A stretch of 64,000 nucleotides of DNA from Scyliorhinus canicula (GCF_902713615.1 NC_052158.1:39113729-39177728); one strand, 5' to 3'; positions 11,924-24,290 are shown, counted from the first letter of the stretch. Program-made: numbers and translations. Notes: a model not told the origin generated them from the letters alone.

Positions 11924-12509
11924 TGTGAATAGCGCTTTCACATAGCCGTCCGTCAGTCCAGAAGTAAAACACTCGAACACGTCAGTAACGAGTATTCGTT
12001 TATTCACGGCCGGGACAAATCTCTAAGTAGTCGGGGAACCACCTTCGAGAAGTGCCAAAGTCCCAAAGTATGGATTGTCCCTTTATACAATCACAGCTTA
12101 GAGGTGGTCCCCTTAAATTCCTAGATACACCAATGATTTGGCAAGGATCCAGAACATGTACTTATATGGAATTATTATCCTGAGGTTGGGTGGTTACTAT
12201 GACATAACTTGCTGCTGTTAACGGTTTTCTTATCCTATCCGTCCATCAGGTCCAACTTCCTTATCTCCTTCCCTCTCATGCTCCTGAGTCAGCTCTTTCA
12301 CATTCCAATGTCCCTTGTCTCAGTCGACAAGGTTTTACACACTCATCTTTGCTGTCCCTGTATTAACAGATACAGAGTTCTGTTCTCATTTCATTCCCTC
12401 AACCCTTTAACATATTTTTACTTGAGGATCACAGATATATTTCAGACCCTTAACATTACATACAGACAGCAAGGTTATAACAAGACGATAAATGAAATCC
12501 ACTTCCACA
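11924..12509 (-). mobile_element. Solo LTR (586 bp) inserted in a V-SINE
   Basis: TG...CA termini and a 4-bp TSD GTGT (11920-11923 / 12510-12513). AATAAA on the minus strand at 11999-12004. The flanks rejoin into a continuous SINE. Confidence 0.85.
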
Positions 12510-12769
12510 GTGTTACGGGGATGGGGTGGAAGTGAGGGCTTAAGTGGGTTGGTGCAGACTTGATGGGCCGAATGGCCTTCTTCTGCACTGTATGTTCTAT
12601 GTTCAATTTCAGGCTGGTTTCCGCCCTGACTCAGGACAATGTGGCTTTTGAAACATTTTATTGGGACAATTTTAGATTATTCTAATATTAGATATGCTAC
12701 CCCTTGTCCTGGAGTTCGCTGCCCATTACACGTGTAGACCTCTATTTCCCTGATCCTTAAGAAAGCCAA

Positions 12770-13364
12770 GGGCCAGGATTCTCCGAAATCCCAGGCAAGT
12801 GTTGACACTGGCGTAAACACCAGAGTGGTGTACGCTGGCGTTCACATCATATGTGAACCTGTCCCAGTTATTCTCCAGATTTCAGGGGGCTAGAATGGCG
12901 CTGGAATGCAGTGTGCTGCTCCAGCACTGAAATCCAGATGATGCAGGTCCATGCATGCGCACAATGGCCGTCTCCGCACCAGCGCGTGTTGCCATCTCCA
13001 CCCCTGCCCCCGCGCAACATGGCAGAGCCCTACAGGGGCCTGGCGCGGAGGAACATAGGCCCCCCTCCGCAGAATGAGCACGCCTGCCAATCTGTAGCCT
13101 CCAATCGCGAGCCTGGCCACCGTGGAGGGCCGCCCCCCAGAGTCGGACCCCCCCACCAGGACGGCCACCGCAGCCAGAACGCCGAGGTCCCGCCGGGTGG
13201 GACCATAAGTGAACCACGCTGGCGGGACTTGGCAGAACTCGGCAGGCACTCGGCCCCTCTAGCGCGGAGAATCCCCACCCCGCGTTGGAGCGGCGTGGCA
13301 GGATTCACGCGTCCCCGCCCCCCGGCGATTCTCCAACCGGGCGTGGGCTCGGAAAATCCCAGCC
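12770..13364. mobile_element. GC-rich non-autonomous TIR element (MITE-like)
   Basis: Ends GGGCCAGGATTCTCCGA ... TCGGAAAATCCCAGCC are inverted repeats. It splits L1 codons AAG AAA GCC AA|A GAC with only a 2-3 bp duplication. No coding capacity. Confidence 0.75.
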
Positions 13365-14203
13365 AAAGACTCTCCAGAATGTGGGTCATACCGACCTATT
13401 TCGCTTTTAAATGCTAAGTGACTTGGAAAGGTGTTGACACTGCAGTTAAAGTCCTGCCTCCCAGAGGTGATCTCAGAACATCAGGCCGGCTTCATCAAGG
13501 GTCAGCAATTGTCGGCCAATGTACGTCATCTTAATGCCCTCTCCCCCTCTACAGTGCGTGATCCACAGGTGATTGCTTCCTTAGATGTTGAAAAGACGTT
13601 TGATAGGGATATGTCTTGTTGTAGGGATATCTCTTTGCGATTCATGGGAGGTTTGGTATGGACAAAAGTTTATATCTGGCTTTGTGTATTGTATAGAGTC
13701 TCCACTGCTAGTGTTTGCACAAATGCTTTGAATTCAGGCTCTGTTGAAGTCAGATTTAGAAAGACGGTTTTTAGACAAAAGGTACCCACTGGCTGAGATG
13801 CTAGTATAAGAGGAAATTTGTAGGAATAGATAGTGTAGAAACAATGCTTGTGATTTTAGAACCTAAGAATTACTAATATCAGAAAGGACTGACATAAAAA
13901 TAAGAAGTTACACAAAATGGCTTTCAGCTGAGTTAGCCACATTCCTGAACAAGCATTAGCTGGGTTAAGTTGCAAACTGATATAAATAACATCAGTTAAT
14001 TACAGACAGCAGAGATAGTCAGGGAGACAAGGATGATTGATATTAAGGCATTGAATGGGAAACAGAGAGGGGAGATTCTAGGGAGTTAAGCGAGGCATGT
14101 ACAGAAAAGTGATAAACAACATCCACAGGAGAAGGCATTGTTCATCCTCGCCAGCCCAAGGTCGCCGATGCAGACAAGAAAGATAACTTTAACAGTTAGT
14201 ATG

Positions 14204-17200
14204 TGATGGAACCATCAATTCACCAGACACGTGCTTTCCGATATGAACAGTGGTTTTAATCTACTTACTACAGAGCCAGCCTGTTACCCGTTGATGAACT
14301 CTCAGTGAACTGCAGGCTGACTCTGGACAAGGGTATTTATACAGCAGCACAAGGGGGAGGAGTCGTGGGCGGAGCCAAGGGTGGAGCCGCGTACAAACTC
14401 CTGAGCATTCCCAGGGCTACTCCCCCTAGTGGTCGGATAGCGCTACTGCGCTACAAAGATACAGTGTGAATTACCAAGTTACATTCACCACATTCACGCC
14501 CTGCAAAAAAATCAAGTCCGGCGGGGGTGGTGGTCTACAAAGTCAGTCTGTCCGGTGGTCGAACTGTCCGCTGTGATCTGCAGAGCACCGGGGTTGCAGC
14601 CTCTTGCGGTGGCTGGATGGGTGTTGTGTGCTGGGGTACGATGGCGGACTCCAGGGAGCGTTGTATCTGAGCTTCATACTCTCCTGGTTCGACCGGGGAC
14701 TGGGGGCGCTGGGGACTGGCCGGCGCGGGTGCGCGGAACTGGTGGAGCGAACTTGTGGGCTCGGGAGCGCGAGGGGGCGGTCCTTCTGTGTAGGGTGAGC
14801 GGTCCTTCTGTGGGGGTAGAGGGGGCGCTGGATCCGGCGGGTGCCAGATCCCGGAGGGATACAGTGTCCTGACGGCCGTCAGGGAATTCGACGAATGCGT
14901 ACTGGGGTTGGAGTGGAGCAGGCGCACCTTCTCAACAAGGGGGTTGGTTTTGTGTTCCCTGACGTGTTTCCTCAGGAGTACGGGGCCCGGTGTCCTCAGC
15001 CATGCCGGAAGTGAGACCCCCGTGGTAGTGCACCTGGAAAAAATGAAGAGCCTCTCGTGAGGGGTCTAATTGGTCGCTGTGCACAAAAGGGACCCAATAG
15101 CGTGGAGCGCATCTGGGAGGACTTCCTGCCACTGGGAGACTTGGAGCTTTCTAGACTGGAGGGTCAGTAGGACGGTCTTCCAGACTGTCGCGTTCTCCCT
15201 CTCCACCTGCCCGTTCCCCGTGGGGTTGTAGCTGGTAGTCCTGCTCGAGGCAATGCCCTTGTCGAACAGGTACTGACGCAGCTCGTCGCTCATGAAGGAC
15301 GAACCCCGGTCGCTGTGCACGTAGCTGGGGAAACCAAACAGCGTGAAGATGCTATGCAGGGCCCTAATGACTGTTTGGGAGGTCATGTCGGGGCATGGGA
15401 TAGCAAATGGGAAACGGGAGAACTCATCTACGACATTTAGAAAGTAAACGTTCTTGTTAGTTGAGGGGAGTGGCCCTTTGAAATCAATCGCGAGGCGTTC
15501 AAAGGGCCTAGAAGCCTTGACCAGGTGGGCCCTGTCTGGTCGATAGAAGTGCGGTTTGCACTCCGCACAGATCGGGCAGTCCCTGGTGACCGCTTTTACC
15601 TCCTTGTTGGAGAAAGGCAGGTTTCGGGCTCTGATGTAGTGGGCGAGCCGGGTGACCCCCGGGTGGCAGAGGTTATTGTGGATGACTTTCAATCGGTCAA
15701 TCTGCGCGCTGGCGCATGTCCTGCGGGATAGGGCATCCGGAGGCTCGTTGAGCGTCCCGGGCTGATACTTAATATCGTAATTGTAGGTGGTGTTCGATCC
15801 TCCACCTCAGAATTTTGTCATTTTTAATTTTGCCCCTTTGCGAGTTGTCAAACATGAAGGCAACCGATCTTTGGTCGGTGATGAGGGTGAACCTCCTACC
15901 TGTGAGGTAGTGCCTCCAGTGACGAACAGCCTCCACGATGGCTTGTGCTTCCTTCTCGACTGAGGAGTGTCAGAGTTCTGAAGCGGAGAGGGTACGGGAG
16001 AAAAATGCGACTGATCTTCCTGCCTGATTTAGTGTGGCTGCTAGAGGCGTCGCTCTCAACCTGGAATGGAGTGGGTTCATCCACCGCCCGCATGGCCGCT
16101 TTGGCGATGTCCTCCTTGATGCAGTCGAAGGCCTGGCGTGCCTCGGCTGACAGGGGAAATCGTGTGGCCCTAAAGAGTGGGCGGGCTTTGTCCGCATATT
16201 GAGGGACCCACTGGGCGTAGTAGGAGAAGAAGCCCAAGCACCGTTTGAGGGCCTTGGGGCAATGGGGGAGAGGGAGTTCTAAGAGGGGGCGCATACGGTC
16301 CGTGTCTGGGCCCAGGACTCCATTTTCCACGACATAGCCGAGGATGGCTAGTCTGGTTGTGTGGAAAACGCATTTCTCCTTGTTATACGTGAGATTCAGT
16401 TTCTGTGCCGTCTGGAGAAAACGGTGGAGGTTGGCGTCGTGGTCCTGCTGGTCGTAGCCGCAGATGGTGACATTGTCCAAGTACGGAAATGTGGCCTGCA
16501 GCCCGTACTGGTCCATTGCTCGTTGGAACACCGAGACCCCATTAGTGACGCCGAAAGGGACCCGGAGGAAATGGAAGAGGCGGCCATCGGCCTCGAATGC
16601 CGTGTAGTGGCGGTCCTCCGGGCGGATTGGGAGCTGGTGGTATGCAGACTTCAGATCCACTGTGGAAAAGAGCCGATACTGGGCGATCTGGTTTACCATG
16701 TCTGCGATCCTGGGGAGGGGATACGCGTCAAGGAGCGTAAATCTATTTAAGGTCTGACTATAGTCGACAACCATGCAGAATTTTTCTCCGGTCTTAACGA
16801 CCACCACCTGAGCTCTCCAGTGACTATTGCTGGCCTCTATAACCCCCTCACTGAGAAGCCTTCGGACCTCTGTTCTGATAAATACCCTATCCTGCAGGCT
16901 ATACCGCCTGCTACGAGTGGCTACGGGTTTACAGTCCTTTGTGAGATTGGAGAAGGGAGGAGGGGGGATTCGCAGCGTAGTGAGGCTGCAGATCGTGAGT
17001 GGGGGCAGGGGCCCTCCGAAGCTGAGGGTTACATTGAAAGTCTGTCCTAATAAGAGAGGCGCGCAGAGTTCGGGCAAAACGTAGAGTTGGAATTTTGAGT
17101 AGCTAGCGCCTCGGATTGTGAGTGTCGCGGCGGTGCGCCCCTGGATCTGGACCGAATGGGAGCCTGAAGCGAGCGCGATAGTTTGCTGCACGGGGAAAAC

Positions 17201-18788
17201 GGGGAGCGAACAGCGTCTTACCAGGTCTGGATGTATGAAGCCCTCAGTGCTCCCGGAATCGAAGAGGCATGGCGTTTTGTACCCGTTGATTTGGACCTCT
17301 GCCATCGAATTTCCTAGATGCTTCGGGCGTGATTGGTCCAGAGTGACTGCGCTGAGTTGCGGGTAGTCGGCGGCTCGATCAGCTGTGCTGGAGTGGCCCC
17401 GTGATGACTGCCCTCTGAGTTCGTAGTCGTAATCTTCCGATGAGTTGTCTGAGTGTGAAGATGCAGGTCGGGCCCGTGGATCGCACGTGGCGGGCGGCGA
17501 GGAAAATGGCGTCCAAGATGGCGGCCCCCATGAGTCGCACGTGGCCGGCCGCGTGGTGGAGGTTTGCCAAGATGGTGGCCCCCATGGATCGCACGTGGCG
17601 TGAGGGGCGGAGTCGGGGCATAGGCCGCAGCGTTTCGGGCCCCACGGGCCGGAGGGTGAGGGGAGCGATTACTTCGTGCCGCTGGGGAGTTGGAAGCTGG
17701 GGCCCTTTTAGCGAGGCACACTCTTGCAAAGTGGCCTTTCCGCCCACAGCTGCTACAGGTCACGTTGCGGGCCGGGCAGTGCTGCCGCGGGTGCTGGTTC
17801 TGGCCGCAGAAATGGCAGGCTGGAGCAGCGTAGTGGCTGGCTGGAGCAGCATAGTGGCTGGGCGGCCGCGTAGCACAGGCCTGGGGGAGTCGCTGGTCGA
17901 GGGCCCATGATTGGGTCGCGGGGTCCGCGGGGAACGAGTTAAGGCTGCGGAAGGAGAGCTCCATCATGGTAGCAGCTTCCACAGTTGTTTCTAAGTCTTG
18001 GGCCCCCTTTTCCAGCAGTCGTTGGCGCACATAATTAGACCTGAGGCCCGCTACAAAAACATCGCGTACAGCAAGTTCTCTGTGTTCAGCCGCGGTAACC
18101 GCTTGATAGTTACAGTCATTTAACAAATTATTGAGTTCCCTTAAAAATTCAGCGAGTGAATCTGTGGGCCGCTGGCGGCGAGTCGTGAACACATGGCGTG
18201 CGTGACCTTCGTTAATGGGCTTTACATATATCTTATCGAGTATCACTAGCGCTGCAGTATATGAACCGGCCGAGTTTAGTTGCGTAGAGATTCTGTGGCT
18301 CACCCTCGCGTGCAGTAGACTTAACTTCTGTTCCTCTGTTGTTTCGGCTGTGCCTGCTTCTGCCAGGTAGGCCTTGAAGCACCGCAGCCAGTGGGAGAAG
18401 ATTTATTTTGCCTCCGGATCCTGTGGGTCGAGTTCCAGGCGTCCAGGCTTGAGGGCCGCTTCCATGATCGATCTTGACTGTTCTTACGTAGATTAAATTG
18501 ATGGAACCATCAATTCACCAGACACGTGCTTTCCGATATGAACAGTGGTTTTAACCTACTTACTACAGAGCCAGCCTGTTACCCGTTGATGAACTCTCGG
18601 TGAACTGCAGACTGACTCTGGACAAGGGTATTTATACAGCAGCACAAGGGGGAGGAGTCGTGGGCGGAGCTAAGGGTGGAGACCCGTACAAACTCCTGAG
18701 CATTCCCAGAGCTACTCCACGTAGTGGTCGGATAGCGCTACTGCGCTTACAAAGATACAGTGTGAATTACCAAGTTCCATTCACCACA
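14204..18788 (-). mobile_element. Full-length Ty3/Gypsy LTR retrotransposon (Gypsy A) inserted in the ERV LTR
   Basis: LTRs at 14204-14492 and 18499-18788 (about 10 substitutions plus 1 indel by eye), TG..CA ends, 5-bp TSD GTATG (14199-14203 / 18789-18793). Domain order is gag-PR-RT-RH-IN. Confidence 0.95.
14535..18465 (-). pseudogene. Gypsy A gag-pol, disrupted
   Basis: ATG at 18465 (MEAALKPGRLELDP) with a premature TAA at 18403-18405. Motifs: CCHC knuckle CHFC...H...C, protease LFDSGS, RT DLKSAYHQ/YLDN, RNase H SDAS, integrase HHCC and D-D-E (AIDFKG, HSDRG, QVEREN). Several frameshifts. Confidence 0.9.
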
Positions 18789-19085
18789 GTATGAGTGACG
18801 TCTTCATGAAGCCAGGGGCTGGTCAGGTACCAACCCACTTTATGTAATGTCAAATTTAATTGGAGGTATAACTAATTTATAATCAGTATTATTGGACAAG
18901 GTCCAGCTGAAATAGGCTTTGTTTAGAAAATGTATAAGAATGGATGTTTTCCTTTGTTCGGTGGAGAGACGGTCAGGGACTTTAACAGACGGCATCTCCC
19001 CACCGGCGAAATAAACCATTTGATGCGAGGACCAGTAGCCCTGGGCGTTGAGTGATTTCTTTGAAATCCTGTCCCGCTAACAGTT

Positions 19086-19103
19086 TGGTGCCGTGACACG
19101 GAT
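19086..19103 (+). promoter_or_regulatory. Primer-binding site complementary to tRNA-His
   Basis: TGGTGCCGTGACACGGAT is a 17/18 match to the canonical PBS-His TGGTGCCGTGACTCGGAT and sits 3 nt after the LTR end. Confidence 0.85.
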
Positions 19104-22100
19104 TCTTCAGTCGCCCGATATCGTCAGAGACCTGGGTGAGCACAGTTACTCATTATAAGTATAAACATATCCGGGGGACCGGACGGTATTCAGCGGCTGA
19201 CGAATTCTAAACCTGTGAACAGAGTCTGGCCAGCACTCAAACGGTCGGGTGGGTAGTTCGTTAAGGAACGTAGGCGTTGTCGGGTATTGTCTGAAAGTGC
19301 TTATAGGTGTGTGGTAAGTAAGTGACTGACTTGTGATCCGACAAGGAGCCAGGATACATGTCTACGACAAGTTGCGTGGAGTAAAAGAAGACCTCTGAGA
19401 GTAGATTCCTGACAGTTCTAGTCCCACCCAGTCATGACAAGTAAAAAGATAGAGCTCGAGTGGGGACAGAAGTGGTCCCCGATGTGCCATTTGGCAGCTA
19501 GAACAAAAGTTTACCAATAAGTTGGTTAAATCTAATTTGAACTTTATTGAGTGGTGAGGTTTCCGGCAACGGGGATGCCCCGAATTTGCACAAAGTTTAG
19601 ATCTTCAATCACCATTTAGATTAAAAAAGCATGTCAAAAAGAAAAAGAAGAAAAATCAAATAAAGCTAAATCCAAAATACAGACCTCAGACTCATTATGG
19701 AATGAGGAGGGGAAGGTGCAAAGCCCCTTTTCCTCACCGAGAAGCATTGTAACCCAATCGATAAAATATGGAAGCCGGGTGGATTTCAATGGACACTGCA
19801 CAGTAAAAAGGGCTGGAAAGCTCAATAAGCTTTTTTCAGAAATATCAAGGGATGACAGATCCCCCTTAGCCGCCTGCCGGACACCGCAGCTGAGCCCCTC
19901 CCAAAACAAAAAAGAAGGGAGTAAAGTAAATGGAAGATTAAGGTTAGAAACGTAACAAATGGCTTCCTGTCTAAATGAAATTCAGAGTGTTTCAAATTTG
20001 GAAGATCGGATTTGAGTTTGAGATTAAGCCATTCAAGTCGTCCAGGCAAGTGCCTCCGAGATAAACTCATAAACTCGGCAGTAATTCAATTCATTTGAGT
20101 TAAAAAAAAACGAGTAAGATTTCTTTCAAACACTGGTTAAGTAGCGAACATTGGAAATTGAAATCAGTTCAAAGAACAAGAAAAAAATTTGAGTAAAATT
20201 AAAGGAAAGAACAAAATAAATTTTTAGGTTATGTGAAGGGATGCAATGGCATTCCAAGTTTCTCCGCCCCTTTAGGTTCTGTAGGAAAATTAACTATTTC
20301 CGCAGCCTGTTGATCTGTTCTAAATTGTTCAAAAGAAATCTCTTAACAGAGCTAATGCCTATAAAATCAATCATTGGAAATTGACTGAAATGGAATAAAA
20401 TAAATAAAAGTTTTATGATAAGGCAAATGGAGGCTCTTGTTTAGTATTTTAATTAAGCGATTGTGAAATTTCTGTCTCCTTAAGAATCTGTAGCCGTGAG
20501 AGAAGGCTAACAGTTAACTGTGATATGTGCGAGCTGCGAGAATGTGTGTGTTTGATTTGTGGATGTTCATACATCTCTGCTAAGGTTTATCTTCTGGGAA
20601 GTAACCTTGAGTTTATAATTTGGAAGTTTAGAACAGGAACCACAAGGACGTTTACCTAATTAATGTTGGTCAAAGCACTGAAGTATGAGTGGTGATATTT
20701 GTGTGTCGTCTGACATTGTGATTTTGAGATCATGGTTTGAATAGTTTGAGTCAAACCGATAACAAACTGAAATGTAATTAACAAATCATTCTTTTCAAAA
20801 GTTATCAATCTAAATCTATGTTTACTGACGATTCCAGGGTATTTTTGATACACATGAGGCATTTTAATCAAGATACAAATTCACATATGTAAGAATAAGA
20901 AAATATTAGTTTGGTAGGGTTTATTGGAAGTTGAGATAGTTGAAATGCAGATTACCAATCCAGTGTTGGATTAGTCCAGGGTTAAAACTTCCCTGACACA
21001 ATGCAGAAGGAATAATTCTGAGATTGCAGAAAGAAGTGTAAAGGACAGATGGGTAAATAAAGTAGGTCCATGATCATGTTTCTTGTTTAAACAAAAGAAG
21101 GATGGTGACAAAATGACGTCTGGTGGAGAACTCTCACCCCTTTTCAAACCAGCAGAGAATTGAACCTTGCTTGTTAACAGCTGAAGGTGTATTTTTAATT
21201 GGGAATGACAAACCTTAACTTTTGAATTGTTTGATATATTCAGATTAATTAACTCACTCTGTCCTAAGCAGAATGGATCTATTGTCTTTTGCTTTGCAAG
21301 TAACTGCAAGTGGAACGAGATTTGCAGTAGCTTCAGTAATTTGAGATAGTTGGGGAGAGGATACGGGTTATATTAAGGTGACTAACTAAATGGGCACAAG
21401 CACGTCAGGATCGGGTTCTAGCGCAACAGAATCAGGTGCCACAAGGAAAAGAGGTATGAAAAGATTGTAAAATATGAGAACTATTAACCCCTGAATAACA
21501 GACGTGTTCGGCCCAGACAGGAAAAGCTTTATACGGACAACACCGAACACCTGGTGACGACCAGGACCCTTTCCTTTAAATTTTCAGATTAAACATTCAA
21601 AAGGATGGAACGACAGCGGCTACTTTAGCTGTGGGGACTCGTGATGGCTCCTGAGATCTCAGAACAACGACAAGCACATAAGAGCACAGGAACAACACTT
21701 ATTTCACAACTAACACGGGATGAACGTAGCTACAGAATTATGGGGCTTTACATAATTTTACTGACGGGATATGCATCCCATCAGCCAGTGACTGGAACAA
21801 TGATAGAACTTATTTTAATGCATTACATTCGGGGACAGACAGCAGATGCGTATACAAATTGTGCCTGTATTTCTCAGGGGTTCAGATGCCGCAATATTGT
21901 TCATAACATGGAATAAATACGTATAGTGTTTTAAGTAAGGTTGTAATGAAGCAGGCTGTCGATGCCACTATTTGCCATCAGGCTTAGATCTTCCAGGAAG
22001 TGAAGGGTGATAAATCGGGGAGGGGTGGAGCAAAGGGTGTCCTTGTACACGGATGACCTGCTTCTTTATGATGTGGAGATGCCGGCGTTGGACTGGGGTG

Positions 22101-22676
22101 AGCACGGTAAGAAGTCTTACAGCACCAGGTTAAAGTCCAACAGGTTTGTTTTAAATCACTATGGTTTCGGAGCGCTGCTCCTTCCTCATTCACCTGAGGA
22201 AGGAGCAGTGCCCCAAAAGCTAGTGATTCAAAACAAACCTTTTGTACTTTAACCTGGTGTTCCCTTCATCTGGTTCATCTGGCACCAATGTTCCCTTCCA
22301 GTCGGGGAACACTTCAGCAGTCAAGGGCATTCAGCCTCTGATCTCTGGGTAAGCGTTCTCCAAGGCGGCCTTCAGGACGCGCGACAATGCAGAATTGCCA
22401 AGCAAAAACCTATAGCTAAGTTCCGCACGCATGACTGCGGCCTCAACAGGGATCTTGGATTCATGTCGCATTACATCCACCCCCCACCATCAGGCCTGGA
22501 CTTGCAAAATCCCACCAACTGTTCTGGCTTGAGACAATTTACACCTCTTTAACCTGCGATTATCCCTCTCCCTGGACCTGTAATGATTTGATTACCTGCA
22601 AATGCCTGCATTCCAAGCATTGTCCAGCATCTCTGACTTTGTCTATATAAATGTTTCTGGAACATACCTCGCCATT

Positions 22677-22711
22677 CACCTGAGGAAGGAGCTGCGCTCC
22701 GAAAGCTCGTG
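22677..22711 (+). ncRNA. Minimal type I hammerhead ribozyme (PLE-associated)
   Basis: CAC-CTGAGGA-A-GGAGC(TGC)GCTCC-GAAA-GC-TC-GTG: core CUGANGA/GAAA, 5-bp stem II, palindromic AGCU stem III, stem I CAC/GUG. Predicted cleavage after C22708. Confidence 0.8.
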
Positions 22712-22940
22712 TTTGAATCAAACCTGTTGGACTTTAACCTGGTGTTGTAAGACTTCTTACTGTGCTCACCCCAGTCCAACGCTGGCATCTCCACATCATA
22801 ACCTGGTGTTGTAAGACGACTTACTGCTTCTTTATATTACGATGTGGAGATGCCAGCGTTGGACTGGGGTGAGCACAGTAAGAAGCAGCTCCTTCCTCAG
22901 GTGAATGGAGAGGTATGTTTCTGAAACATACCTCTCCATT

Positions 22941-22975
22941 CACCTGAGGAAGGAGCTGTGCTCCGAAAGCTCGTG
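22941..22975 (+). ncRNA. Minimal type I hammerhead ribozyme, second tandem copy
   Basis: CAC-CTGAGGA-A-GGAGC(TGT)GCTCC-GAAA-GC-TC-GTG, 264 nt downstream of the first copy. Confidence 0.8.
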
Positions 22976-23904
22976 TTTGAAACAAACCTGTTGGACTTTA
23001 ACCTGGTGTTGTAAGACTTCTTACTCTTTATATTACGGACACGGTATCAACTATGGGTGCGATAATGACGATTCTTGGGAGCTTTGGCTCCTTCACTGGG
23101 TATAGGTTGAATCTGGATAAGAGTGAATACTTCCCAGTTAATCCCCCTCTCCCCCGCCCCCCCCCCCCCCCCCCCCACCCCCCCCCCCCCCCCCCCACCC
23201 CAACTTCCTGGGGGGAGTGGAGCCGATCTGGGAATGCTACATTTTCGCCTTGTCAGACCTAGCTTTCATTTTTTTCTCAGAGGTGGAGGACAGGTGTGAG
23301 TGTTGTTTTCGGGGACCGGCTAACCACACTCATATGTGCTGGTCTTGTCCCAAGTTAGTAAGCTTTTGGATTTCTTTGTTTAGCACCATGTCAAAGATAC
23401 TCAATGTGGATCCCGGTTCTGGGTCACTGTCCATGTGGAGGTTGCACATTCTCCCCATGTTTGCATGGGTTTCACCCCCACAACCCAAAGATATGCAGGC
23501 TAGGTGGATTGGCCACGCTAAATTGCCCCTGAATTGGAAATAATGAATTGGGTACTCTGAATTTATAAAAAAATAGATACTCAATGTTGACCTGCAGCCA
23601 TGTCCACTGGTGGCCATTTTCGGGGTGTCAGACTCGCCGGTTCTGCAGACGGGGGTGAAGGCAGATGTCCTCGTCTTTGCCTCATTAATAGTTCGGAGAC
23701 GAGTTCTGTTTGGGTGGAGACCTCCTATTCCACCCACTGCCTTGGCTTGGTTGGGTGATCTCATGTCGTTCTTACATTCGATAAGATATGGAATAGATAC
23801 AAAAAAAACATATGGAATAGATATAGAATTTTTAGAATGCGGAAGGAGGCTATTCATCCCATCGAATCTGCATGACCATTTGAAAGAGCACTCTACCCAT
23901 ATAA

Positions 23905-24290
23905 TAATCGCTTATTGTCACAAGTAGGCTTCAATGAAAAGACCCTAGTCGCCACATTCCTGCACCTGTTTGGGGAGGCCGGTACGGGAATTGAACCCGC
24001 GCTGCTGGCCTTGTTCTGCATTACAAGCCAGCTGTTAACCCTCTGTGTCCACTCACCCATCCATCCCGTCCTATCCCCGTAATCCCATAACCCAACCTTC
24101 ACACCGAGGGGGAATTTCTCATGGCCAATCCACCTAACCCATACATCGTTGGACTGTGGTAGGAAATCGGAGCACCCGGAGGAAACCCACGCAGACACGG
24201 GGAGAACGTACAAAGTCCAGTCAACCAAGGCCAGAATTGAACCTGGGTCCCTGGTGCTGTAAGGCAGCAGTGCTAACCACTGTGCCACCA
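23905..24290 (-). mobile_element. Two adjacent SINEs (second family 23905-24030; V-SINE 24030-24290)
   Basis: Reverse-complement matches to the SINE at 53910-54105 and to the V-SINE consensus. Confidence 0.75.

Larger units (their letters stand above)
13742..21945 (+). mobile_element. Endogenous retrovirus-like element: 5' LTR (13742-14203 + 18794-19082), PBS-His and AT-rich non-coding internal region; no 3' LTR seen
   Basis: LTR TGTTG...TAACA of about 750 bp once the Gypsy insertion is removed, with TATAAG at about 18933 and AATAAA at about 19010. The PBS follows immediately, then a splice donor TG|GTAAGT (19314) and an acceptor TTTTCAG (21586-21587). Confidence 0.75.
22069..23025. mobile_element. 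Penelope-like element (PLE) 3' end with direct and inverted pseudo-LTR copies
   Basis: 22300-22490 translates as VGEHFSSQGHSASDLWVSVLQGGLQ...GLNRDLGFMSHY (GIY-YIG endonuclease C-terminus). The repeated ~180-bp unit (GATGTGGAGATGCC...CACCAGGTTAAAGTCCAACAGG...) occurs in both orientations. Confidence 0.8.

Noticed and set aside
19634-21309. gag/pol ORFs in the ERV interior
   Set aside because: Only short ORFs without MHR, zinc knuckle, protease, RT or integrase motifs.
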